Shown here one piece after another: positions 49,279 to 58,398 of a stretch of 64,000 nt of DNA. A model generated the notes under the pieces. It saw nothing but the letters and a program-made list of their open reading frames with translations. It did no database searches and was not told where the DNA came from. Positions within the stretch are counted from its first letter, which is position 1, and each line of letters opens with the position of its first letter. A program made the position numbers and the translations under genes. The stretch is from an uncultured Planctomycetia bacterium (lineage in GTDB: Bacteria; Omnitrophota; Gorgyraeia; Tantalellales; Tantalellaceae), in NCBI GenBank assembly GCA_964421015.1, contig CAYQUS010000001.1:236726-300725 (forward strand), in the 5' to 3' direction.

Positions 49279-50436
49279 TCATATCCGCCTTTTTCTGAGG
49301 TAGGAGGCTATGCCCGCGGCGTCATCGCCAAGAGACAGGTTAACTCCCCTCTTAACGGTCACTTTCAAAGATTCATCCATAAAAAGAGCCTCGCCGCCGT
49401 GAAAAGGTTTGAGGAAACTTAAGATCCGGGTGATACGCCTGTCGCCTGTGAATATAGCATCGTATTTCTTTTTCTTGGTCAGCACCCTCAATACTACAAA
49501 TAAAAACTTTATCCTGCGCTTAAAAACCCTTACCCCTATATCGGCGTGCTTAACAAGTATCCCTTCTTTCACGGCGTCTTCCACTCTTGAGGCCGGCCTT
49601 CCGGAAACGGTCCATACCTTTATAAAAGCCCTTTCCCTAGCCAGTTTCCGGAGAACCGCGTAGTAGTTCATGATATCCACGGGTTTAGGGTTTTCGGGAT
49701 CCAGGATAAGCACCCTCAAGATCTTTCCCCATCTGTCCTCGAATCTTTTCCGGTTGGCGGCGTATATCTGTTTCTTCCCGGGAAGGTTCCTTCTTGAGGC
49801 CTGTTCCAGATGAAAAACATAAGCGCCTTCGGCCACAACAGCGGTAAAACCCGCGTCTCTTGCCCGTAATGAAAAATCCGTGTCTTCGTAGCAAACCCCG
49901 GCGTAGTTTTCGTCAAGGTACCCTATCCTGTCTATCACCTCCCTCTTTATGAGGCAGGCAAACCCTATGGCATGCCCTATCTCAACGTATCTTTCCGAGT
50001 TCTTCTGGAGGAACGAGGCATGTTCGTGTATTGTGGCTCCTTCCCTGGGCACAGAACCGAAAGTGTTGCTCTGGGGATTCACTATCCCTATCTCCGGAGA
50101 ACTTGAGGCCACAAGCATCATCTCCAGAAGCCAGCCGTCGGTAACCTCGCAGTCGTTATTGAGAATGCACACATACGGGGCGTCGGATATTCTCATGCCC
50201 TTATTCATCCCGGCGGCAAAACCCAGGTTATGGCTGTTGAACAGCTTTTCAACAGTAACGCTTCCAGAGCTTTCAAGAGAATGCAGATACCTTGCGACCT
50301 CGGGGTCCCTGCTGGCGTTGTCCACTACTATCAGCCTCGCGTTAACCCGGGTATGTTCGAAAACGCTCTTTACGCATTTCTTAAGAAGCTCCGGGTTCTC
50401 ATAGCTCAAGAGTATAATGTCGCATTCGTATTTCAA
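49279..50436 (-). CDS. Glycosyltransferase family 2
   Basis: 385 aa. DIILLSYENPELL...LIVVDNASRD is the GT2 DXD context. TTG start with a GAGGAG SD. Confidence 0.8.
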   Translation of the reverse strand: MKYECDIILLSYENPELLKKCVKSVFEHTRVNARLIVVDNASRDPEVARYLHSLESSGSVTVEKLFNSHNLGFAAGMNKGMRISDAPYVCILNNDCEVTDGWLLEMMLVASSSPEIGIVNPQSNTFGSVPREGATIHEHASFLQKNSERYVEIGHAIGFACLIKREVIDRIGYLDENYAGVCYEDTDFSLRARDAGFTAVVAEGAYVFHLEQASRRNLPGKKQIYAANRKRFEDRWGKILRVLILDPENPKPVDIMNYYAVLRKLARERAFIKVWTVSGRPASRVEDAVKEGILVKHADIGVRVFKRRIKFLFVVLRVLTKKKKYDAIFTGDRRITRILSFLKPFHGGEALFMDESLKVTVKRGVNLSLGDDAAGIASYLRKRRI

Positions 50437-50508
50437 ATTTAGCTCCTCAATATACTTTGGTCATCCTGAACGACCCTTACATTTTTCAAAGCGGCGAGTG
50501 AAGGATCT

Positions 50509-52086
50509 CTACTTTTCCCTACTCAATTCCCAGTATTTCGCCCACTTAAGGTAATGCACCCATGCGAACATTACCGAGAAGACCAGGCCTCTCATTCCCT
50601 CCATAAAACCCATTTTCTTGACATACATCTTCATGAAAAGTTTTCTGGGTTTCACCTTCAGGTTGTACAGTATGGTCTTATCGTCGGCCGGCCCGTCTTT
50701 TTTGAACATCTCTCCGGCCTGCAGTGTGGTGTAACGGTTCTGTCTTTCTATGAATTCCGACATGGAATCGAAAGGATAATGCTCTATTTCCTCCTCCAGC
50801 CTGCCCTGTTTCCCGTTCACGATAAGTTTTTCGTGTATGTCGCCTTCATACCTGGCCATGCCTTTTCTAAAAAGATGCGCGGAATAATGGAACCACCCGC
50901 CGAATCTCATCGCCTTTCCCAGAAATACGTTTCTCCTTCTGAATTTGAAACTCACGCAGCCCGAATCGTCCCCGGAGAGTATTTTTTCCATTCTGGCCCT
51001 GAACCCCCCTGTAACTACTTCATCGGCATCAAGCTGAAGTATCCAGTCACCGGTGGCGGCGTCTGCCCCTTTATTCCTTTCATTACCGAACCCCTCGAAA
51101 TCGCTCAATATTATCTTATCGGAATACTCCCCAGCTATTTCGAGAGTGCCGTCATCGGACCTTCCGTCCACTATTATTATCTCATCGGCCCATTTTACGG
51201 ACTCAAGACAGGGTCTTAGCTTTTTGGCGGCGTTTTTAGTTATGACAACCGCGGAAAGCTTTTTACTGCCGCTTGTCACGCCCCGTTCCGTCCGCTTTTT
51301 TCCCGAAACTGCCTGCGATTTCCTTGCCGGCACGCCTCCTCTCATTTCCCAGCACTTCACCCAGCTCACAAGCTGGTATATCCCGCTGAAAACAGCCACC
51401 GTAAGGCCGTACACTCCGTCTTTATAGGCTTTTTTGCGTAGAAGCCTGCGGTAAAAACACCTGTCCATGGCTCTCCAGAAAGCCCGGAAGAAACCCATCT
51501 TCCTATCGGTCAGGAACCACTTTCGGGCCTCAAGCGTCGTATGCCCGTTGAGGCTTCTCACATAATCTTCTATGTCCCTGTGCGAATAGTGGATCATATC
51601 GCCCTTAAGGTGGCCGCAATCACCCTCAAGGAAAGCCCTGGGATGCACATCGGCCTCTTCATATTTGAATTCGTCCCTGAGAAAAAGCCTTGTCTGAGCG
51701 GCCGGGTACTCTCCCCCGAACTTGAGCCAGTAAGACCCTATATGATTGCGTCTGGGTATCGTGTAAGCCTTAAATTCCGGCCCGCCCGCTATAAGGTCGC
51801 CTATTTCCGAGGCAAGCTCGCCGGTTATCCTTTCATCGGCATCCAGGCTAAGCACCCATCGGTTAGAAGCCCTTGAATACGCCCAGTTCCTGTGGCGGCC
51901 TTCATTGTCCATCTTACGGGAGAAAACCTTATCGGTAAACCTTGCCGCTATCTCCCTGGTGGAATCAGAACTGTCGTCATCCACCACTATTATCTCGTCG
52001 GCCCACTCTACCGTCTTTAGACAGTCCTCTATATTGTCTTCCTCGTTCTTCGTGATCACAACAACGCTTACCGGGACTTTTTTCAC
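50509..52086 (-). CDS. Two-domain glycosyltransferase, tandem GT2 modules, WaaE/KdtX-like
   Basis: 525 aa. The motif (V)ITKNEE...CL.(T/S)V.WADEII.VD..S.D.T appears twice, at residues about 8-50 and about 280-320. Confidence 0.8.
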   Translation of the reverse strand: MKKVPVSVVVITKNEEDNIEDCLKTVEWADEIIVVDDDSSDSTREIAARFTDKVFSRKMDNEGRHRNWAYSRASNRWVLSLDADERITGELASEIGDLIAGGPEFKAYTIPRRNHIGSYWLKFGGEYPAAQTRLFLRDEFKYEEADVHPRAFLEGDCGHLKGDMIHYSHRDIEDYVRSLNGHTTLEARKWFLTDRKMGFFRAFWRAMDRCFYRRLLRKKAYKDGVYGLTVAVFSGIYQLVSWVKCWEMRGGVPARKSQAVSGKKRTERGVTSGSKKLSAVVITKNAAKKLRPCLESVKWADEIIIVDGRSDDGTLEIAGEYSDKIILSDFEGFGNERNKGADAATGDWILQLDADEVVTGGFRARMEKILSGDDSGCVSFKFRRRNVFLGKAMRFGGWFHYSAHLFRKGMARYEGDIHEKLIVNGKQGRLEEEIEHYPFDSMSEFIERQNRYTTLQAGEMFKKDGPADDKTILYNLKVKPRKLFMKMYVKKMGFMEGMRGLVFSVMFAWVHYLKWAKYWELSREK

Positions 52087-52105
52087 AACCCTCCTCGATG
52101 TTCCT

Positions 52106-53179
52106 TTACTTGTTTTTTATCAGCTCAAGGCATGCTTCAGCTACCTTTTCCGGCCCTATATCCACCACGCACCTCTGTTCATAGGCGCATTCCGGAAGCT
52201 TGAAATTACCGTAACACGGCCGGCACGGAAGACCCGAAACCCTTATCACCCTGTGTCTCCCCTTTATCGGGAAAGGCCCGTACACAGTTTCGTCTACCGG
52301 CCCGAAAATAGAAACTGTCTTTGTGCCAAGCGCTACCGCTATATGAAGCGGCCCTCCGTCATTACAAAGAACTATACCGGCCCGGCTCATAATTCCCATA
52401 TATTCCCGGAGATCAAGACCGTTCTCAACGGCAGCCGGCGGAACGGACATTTCCGAAGCCACGTAATCGCAAAGTGCTTTTTCGGAAGGATCCCCCATAA
52501 TAACGGTCCGGATACCTCTTTCCTCGAGCGTTTCCGCTACCTTGGCAAAACCTTCCGCCCTCCATCTTTTCCTGGAAGCGTGGCGCCCCCAACTGGCCCC
52601 TCCCCCCGGTATTACGGCCGCGAATTTTTTATCCGCAAGCCCTTTTTTCCTGAGGTATTCGTCCGTCACAGACACCGTACCCTCGTCGGGAACTATCAGC
52701 ATTTCTTTTTCTTCCGCCTTTATACCCAGGCTCTCCATAACTTCAAGGTAATGTTCTATGACATGTTTGTCCCTGAACCCCGTAATTTTTACGCGGTGTG
52801 TGAGAAAGAGCCCTCTTCCCTTGTAATCCAGGCCGGCGCGGAGTTTTATCCCCGCCAAGGCGAAAAAAAGACCGAATTCCCTGGACATCGTAAAATCAAG
52901 CACAGCCTCGTACTTGGCTTTCTTAATTCCGTTAAAGAGCGAGTACAGCTCCCTGAACCATTCTATTTTGGACCTTTTCCAAAGAGAAACGTAATTATCC
53001 CTTTCGTAAACAAAAATATCATTCACACCTGGGATACATCGGACTATCTCGGATGCGCGCGCGTTGCAGAGATATCCCACGGATACTCCGGGAAACGCCC
53101 TTCTAAGATTAGCCGCGATAGGCGAGGTAAAAAGAACGTCGCCTATTCCGAAAATATTAGCGATAAGGATCTTTTTCAA
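52106..53179 (-). CDS. ADP-heptose:LPS heptosyltransferase (GT9)
   Basis: 357 aa. N-terminus KILIANIFGIGDVLFTSP and a GT9 C-terminal domain. Confidence 0.82.
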   Translation of the reverse strand: MKKILIANIFGIGDVLFTSPIAANLRRAFPGVSVGYLCNARASEIVRCIPGVNDIFVYERDNYVSLWKRSKIEWFRELYSLFNGIKKAKYEAVLDFTMSREFGLFFALAGIKLRAGLDYKGRGLFLTHRVKITGFRDKHVIEHYLEVMESLGIKAEEKEMLIVPDEGTVSVTDEYLRKKGLADKKFAAVIPGGGASWGRHASRKRWRAEGFAKVAETLEERGIRTVIMGDPSEKALCDYVASEMSVPPAAVENGLDLREYMGIMSRAGIVLCNDGGPLHIAVALGTKTVSIFGPVDETVYGPFPIKGRHRVIRVSGLPCRPCYGNFKLPECAYEQRCVVDIGPEKVAEACLELIKNK

Positions 53180-54395
53180 GCTGCTCTCCTCTGCCGGGGC
53201 CCGCGCTTGACGATAAAGTAACGCCTATTATGATATTAAAGAACACAGCAAGCGTAAGAGAAAAAAGATGCGTGTCTACCGCGCTATTCAGCAAAAAACC
53301 CACCGTTCCGCCGAACATACCCACTGAGAAATTTTTTTGATATCCCCCTGGCATTGACAATATGCCCTTAAGAGAACAGCCAAGAGCGGCTACCATAAAA
53401 CATATCATGAGCAGCGCCCCCGGGATACCTATTTCAGAAGCTGTCTGGAGGTAACAGTTATGCGCGTACCTGTCATCGATGTATCCCTGCGGCTTATAAT
53501 CCGGGAAATGCTTACTGAAGGTATTTACACCGAACCCCAGTACCGGATGTTCTTTTATCATATCGACGCTCCCCCTCCAGAGCATCACTCTTTCCCACGA
53601 AGTCCCGCTCTTAAGATCAGCCGTTTCGTATATCCTCTGTCGGGAAGAGGACGGCATTAAGATAAAAACCAAAACAAGTATCCCCATAAAAAGCGCAGCC
53701 GTTTTTTTGCCTTTCAAGATCCCGACAACCACGAATGCCGCGGCAAAAGACATCCATGCTCCGCGTGACCCGGTAAGAAAAAGACAAACCAAAGCTAAAG
53801 CCAGAACCGTAAAAAACAGCATTGTTCTTTTTATCCCGTTCTTCGGCGATAAAAGCATGGGAACAAACAAAGATCCTACCACTATCAGATAAGCCCCGAA
53901 ATCATTCGGGTGGATAAACGACGACGATATTCTCCTTAGATATTCGTCAGGGATAAGTGTCCTGTGCCGCAGAAGATCCTCGCCGGTTATGTATTGGAAT
54001 ATCCCGTTAACCGTGACAAGAAAGGTCGCGCCGGCAGCGGCATAGAGAAACTTCCTGGATTTTCCCTCCGGCCAAACCTGAGTGGAGACCGCCATAAAAA
54101 CAAGAGCGTATTGAAGAGCCTTGAAAATTCCCCTGAAACTTTCTTTCGGGTACTGAGAGTTAAAACACGAAAGAATAACCCATAAAAAATAAGCCCCAAG
54201 GAATATCGCCGGTAAAGACCGGAGTTTTCTGTAGTCGCCTTTAATTATCGTCCCCAGAACCCAGGCCGTTATAAGAATTGTGGAAACTATCTCGACCATA
54301 GAGTTCGAGAAGGTGATCACGAATATAAGAACGTAAACGCACCACTCGACCGCCTTATCCAGAAACCCCGTAATTTGCTCTCTCGTAACCCTCAT
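53157..54395 (-). CDS. O-antigen ligase/polymerase-like (Wzy_C) membrane protein, paralog of the gene at 62466-63716
   Basis: 412 aa polytopic protein. The periplasmic-loop motif HPVLGFGVNTF...YAHNCYLQTASEIGIPG is shared with the second copy. Confidence 0.75.
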   Translation of the reverse strand: MRVTREQITGFLDKAVEWCVYVLIFVITFSNSMVEIVSTILITAWVLGTIIKGDYRKLRSLPAIFLGAYFLWVILSCFNSQYPKESFRGIFKALQYALVFMAVSTQVWPEGKSRKFLYAAAGATFLVTVNGIFQYITGEDLLRHRTLIPDEYLRRISSSFIHPNDFGAYLIVVGSLFVPMLLSPKNGIKRTMLFFTVLALALVCLFLTGSRGAWMSFAAAFVVVGILKGKKTAALFMGILVLVFILMPSSSRQRIYETADLKSGTSWERVMLWRGSVDMIKEHPVLGFGVNTFSKHFPDYKPQGYIDDRYAHNCYLQTASEIGIPGALLMICFMVAALGCSLKGILSMPGGYQKNFSVGMFGGTVGFLLNSAVDTHLFSLTLAVFFNIIIGVTLSSSAGPGRGEQLEKDPYR

Positions 54396-54414
54396 GCTAC
54401 TCCTCTTCCGCTCT

Positions 54415-54492
54415 CAACCTGAACCTAAACCTCAACCTCAACCTTAACCTCTCCTTCCCCCTTCCTCCTTACTCCTTACTACTTTCTACTTA
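54415..54492. repeat. Tandem hexamer repeat (N)AACCT x6 on the plus strand, i.e. GAGGTT/AAGGTT on the minus strand. It is followed by a CT-rich tract and lies in the 5' leader of the ligase-like gene.
   Basis: Read directly: caacct gaacct aaacct caacct caacct taacct ctccttcccccttcctccttactcc. Confidence 0.8.
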
Positions 54493-54512
54493 GCTAATCC
54501 CTCCCCCCGCGC

Positions 54513-55898
54513 CTAATACGCGTTTTTCATAGCGAACACCGACATGAAAAGTATCTTTATGTCGAACATGATAGACCAGTTTTCAACGTAATAAAGGTCG
54601 TATTTTGTCCGCTCTTCTATCGAGGTGTTGCCTCTAAGGCCGTTAACCTGGGCCCAACCAGTCATTCCTGACTTGATCTTATGCCGGGCCATATACCTGG
54701 GTATGTCCTTTTTGAACTTACCCACAAAATGGGGCCTTTCAGGCCTTGGCCCCACAAGGCTCATCTCACCCTTCAGCACGTTTATAAGCTGTGGAAGCTC
54801 ATCTATATTGGTCCGCCTGAGAAAACTTCCTACCCGTGTCCTCCTGGGGTCATTCTCTTTTGCCCAAACCGGTCCCGTACCCTTTTCGGCATTCTCTATC
54901 ATGGTGCGGAACTTTATTATGGCGAACCTCCGGCCGTCTTCTCCCACCCTCTTCTGAAGATAAAACACCCTTCCGGGAGAACTTAACTTTATAAGGGCCG
55001 AAACTACAATGAATACCGGAGAGAGCGCCGCTATGGCTAAAAGGGAGATCAGAATATCCATTGCCCTTTTTATCACTCTGTTTATCCACTCAGCCAGCGG
55101 AGATTCCTTAAGGCCCAGGAGCGGGACTCCGTCTATTGTCCTCATATCCACCTGTGAGGTCACCATACCCAGAAGATCAGCAACTATCCTTACTTCAACA
55201 AGGTTTTTCTCGCACTCCAGTATTATCTCCATTATCTCAGACCTGGGAATATCGGCCTCAGTGACTATAACCTCGTCCACGTCATATTTTTGAAGAGCCG
55301 GAGCCAGATTTTCCATGCCCCCCTCCACAACTACATTGGCTACCTTTGAAGTGTCTTTAGACTTAACCCTAAGAACCGCCTTTATGTCATAGTCCCAGTG
55401 AGGATCCTCGGAAATATGATCTATAAGCCGGGGGACCATTTCGCCGTCACCTATAATGAGAAGGTTCCTGGACTTCTCCCTGAGCGCGAACCTTATCCGG
55501 TTGACCACAAAACGCCAGAGAGACAAAAAGAGGATGAGAACCCCCCACGCCAGGATAAGCATCCCTCTTGAAAACGAAAATTCCCTGTAAAGAAAGGTAC
55601 CCGCCATGAAGACCAGTATCCCTACAGAAACGCTCCTTACTATGGAGAAGAACTCATCGACGATAGAAAGCCTTGCCCTTACGGAATAAAGCTTGTCGGA
55701 CCTGATAAGAAAGACCATTATGAGGGTTAGGACAGGAAGAGTTCGGAAATAATGGCTCACGCTCGGTATACCGTAAGCGACGGGGAAAAACCCTGAACTG
55801 AACCTGAACCAGTATGAAAAAAGAAGCCCCGCGTTGACAGCAAGTATATCGCCCAAGACCAGGATAAGTATTACCCTGAAATCGTTCCTTATTCTCAT
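54513..55898 (-). CDS. Polyprenyl-phosphate sugar phosphotransferase (bacterial sugar transferase, WbaP/EpsL-like). This is the initiating enzyme.
   Basis: 461 aa. N-terminal TM segments and the C-terminal motif LVGPRPERPHFV...SGMTGWAQVNG. Confidence 0.85.
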   Translation of the reverse strand: MRIRNDFRVILILVLGDILAVNAGLLFSYWFRFSSGFFPVAYGIPSVSHYFRTLPVLTLIMVFLIRSDKLYSVRARLSIVDEFFSIVRSVSVGILVFMAGTFLYREFSFSRGMLILAWGVLILFLSLWRFVVNRIRFALREKSRNLLIIGDGEMVPRLIDHISEDPHWDYDIKAVLRVKSKDTSKVANVVVEGGMENLAPALQKYDVDEVIVTEADIPRSEIMEIILECEKNLVEVRIVADLLGMVTSQVDMRTIDGVPLLGLKESPLAEWINRVIKRAMDILISLLAIAALSPVFIVVSALIKLSSPGRVFYLQKRVGEDGRRFAIIKFRTMIENAEKGTGPVWAKENDPRRTRVGSFLRRTNIDELPQLINVLKGEMSLVGPRPERPHFVGKFKKDIPRYMARHKIKSGMTGWAQVNGLRGNTSIEERTKYDLYYVENWSIMFDIKILFMSVFAMKNAY

Positions 55899-55984
55899 TT
55901 TACCTAATCCAGTGCCGATTGAGTTACGAAACCCCTGTCTTTTACTGAAGATATATTCGATAACACATTACTGAATACCCCTGA

Positions 55985-56006
55985 AAAACCTCAAAGCCCG
56001 AAGAGG
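55985..56006 (-). terminator. Candidate intrinsic terminator (CCTC-ttcgggcttt-GAGG followed by T5) immediately after the GT4 stop codon
   Basis: Read directly. The stem is short, 4-5 bp. Confidence 0.3.
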
Positions 56007-57134
56007 CTATGAATGCCCCGAGATCCTGGCCTCAATGTACCGCCTGACTTCGTCCTTGAACCTGTCACGGTTGAACCTCAGGGCGCTGCGCCTGATCACT
56101 TCCGGGTCGAACCTGTTCTCATTTTTTTCGTAAGTATCAATAGCGGTGTTTATGGCCTCCGGTGTCTTTTCATAAAAAAACACGCCTGTGGCCTCCTCTT
56201 CTTGACTCCCGCCACCAAAAGGCACTATAGTCTCAAGCGCCCCTCCCCTGGCATAGGCTATAACAGGCTTACCGTGAAGCTGGGCCTCTACCGGGACTAT
56301 TCCAAAATCCTCTTCCCCGGGAAAGATGAGAGCCCTGCACCCCTGGTAACACGAAACAATCTCGGCGTCACAGGACCATCCCCTGAACTCAATGTTACTT
56401 CCTGCCTTATGCCTGAGAGACTCGAGTTCTCCGCCGGAACCTACCACCACCAGTTTCCTTCCGGATACAGTGAAGGCCTCTACCGCCAGGTCAACCCTCT
56501 TGTATGGGACCAGAGCCGAAACTACGAGGTAGTACCCCTCATGTTCCTTCGCAAGATCTCCTCTTCCATGAAGCGCAACGTCAACAGGGGGGTATATTAT
56601 ATCCGAATCCCTGCCGTAGTACTCTTTTATGCGGCTTCTGACATTATCCGATATAGCTATGAAATAATCAACGCTTTTGTTGGAAGCGAGGTCCCATTTT
56701 CTTAACCTGTTCATTATAAAGGAGATAAACTTTTTTTTAAGTATATTCTCTCCCGAAAAATACTCATCATAAAATTTCCATGCATATCTGACGGGAGTGT
56801 AGCAGTAGCATATGTGCGTGGATCCGGGCCTTACCTTTACCCCTTTAGCTACACAGTGGCTTGAACTTAAAACCAGGTCGTAAGAGGAAACATCGAAACT
56901 TTCTATTGCCGCCGGGAAAAAAGGAAGGAAATTGCGGTAATTTTTAGATATTCCGGGAAATTTCTGAAGAAAAGAAGTACGTATATCCATCTTTTCTATT
57001 AACTGCGATACGCTTCCTTTATCGTGAAGCAGTGTGAAAAGCGTAGCATCGGGAAAAAGTTCGCAAAAAACCTCGAGACACTTCTCCCCTCCGCGCATCC
57101 CCGTGAGCCAGTCATGTATTATGGCGGTTTTCAT
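56007..57134 (-). CDS. Glycosyltransferase family 4. The start is taken at the ATG giving MKTAIIHDWL; the track GTG is at 57152.
   Basis: GT4 N-terminus HDWLTGMRGGEK and a C-terminal EX7E region. Confidence 0.78.
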   Translation of the reverse strand: MKTAIIHDWLTGMRGGEKCLEVFCELFPDATLFTLLHDKGSVSQLIEKMDIRTSFLQKFPGISKNYRNFLPFFPAAIESFDVSSYDLVLSSSHCVAKGVKVRPGSTHICYCYTPVRYAWKFYDEYFSGENILKKKFISFIMNRLRKWDLASNKSVDYFIAISDNVRSRIKEYYGRDSDIIYPPVDVALHGRGDLAKEHEGYYLVVSALVPYKRVDLAVEAFTVSGRKLVVVGSGGELESLRHKAGSNIEFRGWSCDAEIVSCYQGCRALIFPGEEDFGIVPVEAQLHGKPVIAYARGGALETIVPFGGGSQEEEATGVFFYEKTPEAINTAIDTYEKNENRFDPEVIRRSALRFNRDRFKDEVRRYIEARISGHS

Positions 57135-57174
57135 GATACGACATACTATCACAACGCGAGGATGATACGCAAGA

Positions 57175-57675
57175 CTATGATTCCTTTATCGCATAACGCC
57201 CCGCCGCCATAAGGTATCCCTTGGCCCGCTCCGCGAGCTTGTACCTGTTAACGATATCACAAAAAGCCTTACCGTGATTCGGCTCGACCAAGTGAGCCAT
57301 CTCATGGACGATCACATAGTCCCTTACCCATAGCGGCATTTCTTTTAGCCTTGAGGATATCTTTATCTTTCCCGTACGGCTGTCGCATGACCCGTAACGC
57401 TTATTTTGCCTCGATGAATATTCGATGGAAGAGACATTTAGTTTATTTCCGAAATATTTTTTATTTATCCGTGCCGCTACATCCCGTAGCGATCTCCCCT
57501 TCCTGAGATCATCTTTGGCCCGCCTCCGCTCAAACTTGTCCTTAAAACTCTCTATTATTCTGTCCAGATACTGTTTGTTTATTGCGGCCGGAGCGGCCAC
57601 CAAAAGCACACCTCCTTCCGTCCTGGCCGATACCGTTCTTTTCCTTTTCGAACTGTACGATATTTTTACTTCCAC
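57175..57675 (-). CDS. DUF45/YgjP-like zinc metallo-hydrolase (HExxH). The proposed GTG start at 57675 lies just after the upstream stop codon. The track TTG at 57795 would create a 105-nt same-strand overlap.
   Basis: WVRDYVIVHEMAHLVEPNHGKAF (HEMAH zinc motif). The N-terminus (M)EVKISYSSKRKRTVSARTEGGVLLVAAP is typical of DUF45. Confidence 0.65.
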   Translation of the reverse strand: MEVKISYSSKRKRTVSARTEGGVLLVAAPAAINKQYLDRIIESFKDKFERRRAKDDLRKGRSLRDVAARINKKYFGNKLNVSSIEYSSRQNKRYGSCDSRTGKIKISSRLKEMPLWVRDYVIVHEMAHLVEPNHGKAFCDIVNRYKLAERAKGYLMAAGRYAIKES

Positions 57676-57689
57676 ATCCGCCTTCCCAC

Positions 57690-58373
57690 TTAAAAAGAAA
57701 ATTTTAGTTTTGTCCCGAGAATATTGTAATCGGTCCAGATATCTTTCCCTTTGCTTGTTTGAAGGATATAGTGCACATCCAGCGTAAGACCCCAAAAAAG
57801 GGCAAACTCAAGTCCCGAGTAAAGCCTGTTACGATTAAACTCAAAGTGCCTTGAAAGATCAAAATAAAGCTCGTCGCCTGCATAAGGGGCGAACTGTAAC
57901 TTACCAATATTCATGGGGATCTTGGCCTTAAAGAAGTTTCGGTACCGCCAGTTATCCTTTTTATCCTCTATGTCCCTATATTCCAGCCTGCTGCGGTCGC
58001 TCAATTTAAAACCGAATAAGTCAAACTTAAGCGTACCGTCAAGTTTACCCACGTTTTCATACATCCAGCTTTTCTTACCTTTGTTGAATATCTGCCTGTA
58101 CCCGGCCTTTATCTCAAACCATTTTGCTATTCCCAAATAGGAAACGCTGAGGTCATAATGCTGATAATAAAGCTGACTTGCGCCTCCTCCCCATCTCAGT
58201 TCGTCCTCGAGTGATAGTTTCCAGTCCTTTGCGGCCTTCCACTCTATCTCGTTCACGTTCCAATACTGAAAATCCCCGTCTTCATAGGCCATCGCCGGAT
58301 GATCCCAAACACACCATACAATTACGGCTAAAATTATCCCGATTATTGATTTTATCGGTATTGAATTTTTCAT
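57690..58373 (-). CDS. DUF2490-like outer-membrane beta-barrel protein
   Basis: 227 aa with a signal peptide and alternating amphipathic beta strands rich in Y/W/F. It ends in ...KLKFSF, the aromatic C-terminal OMP signature. Confidence 0.6.
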   Translation of the reverse strand: MKNSIPIKSIIGIILAVIVWCVWDHPAMAYEDGDFQYWNVNEIEWKAAKDWKLSLEDELRWGGGASQLYYQHYDLSVSYLGIAKWFEIKAGYRQIFNKGKKSWMYENVGKLDGTLKFDLFGFKLSDRSRLEYRDIEDKKDNWRYRNFFKAKIPMNIGKLQFAPYAGDELYFDLSRHFEFNRNRLYSGLEFALFWGLTLDVHYILQTSKGKDIWTDYNILGTKLKFSF

Positions 58374-58398
58374 TTCTTCTCCCTTGTTTTATGCGTCA

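Noticed and set aside
51905-53221. 438-aa plus-strand ORF
   Set aside because: It is antisense to the tandem GT2 and heptosyltransferase genes. There are no motifs and no SD.
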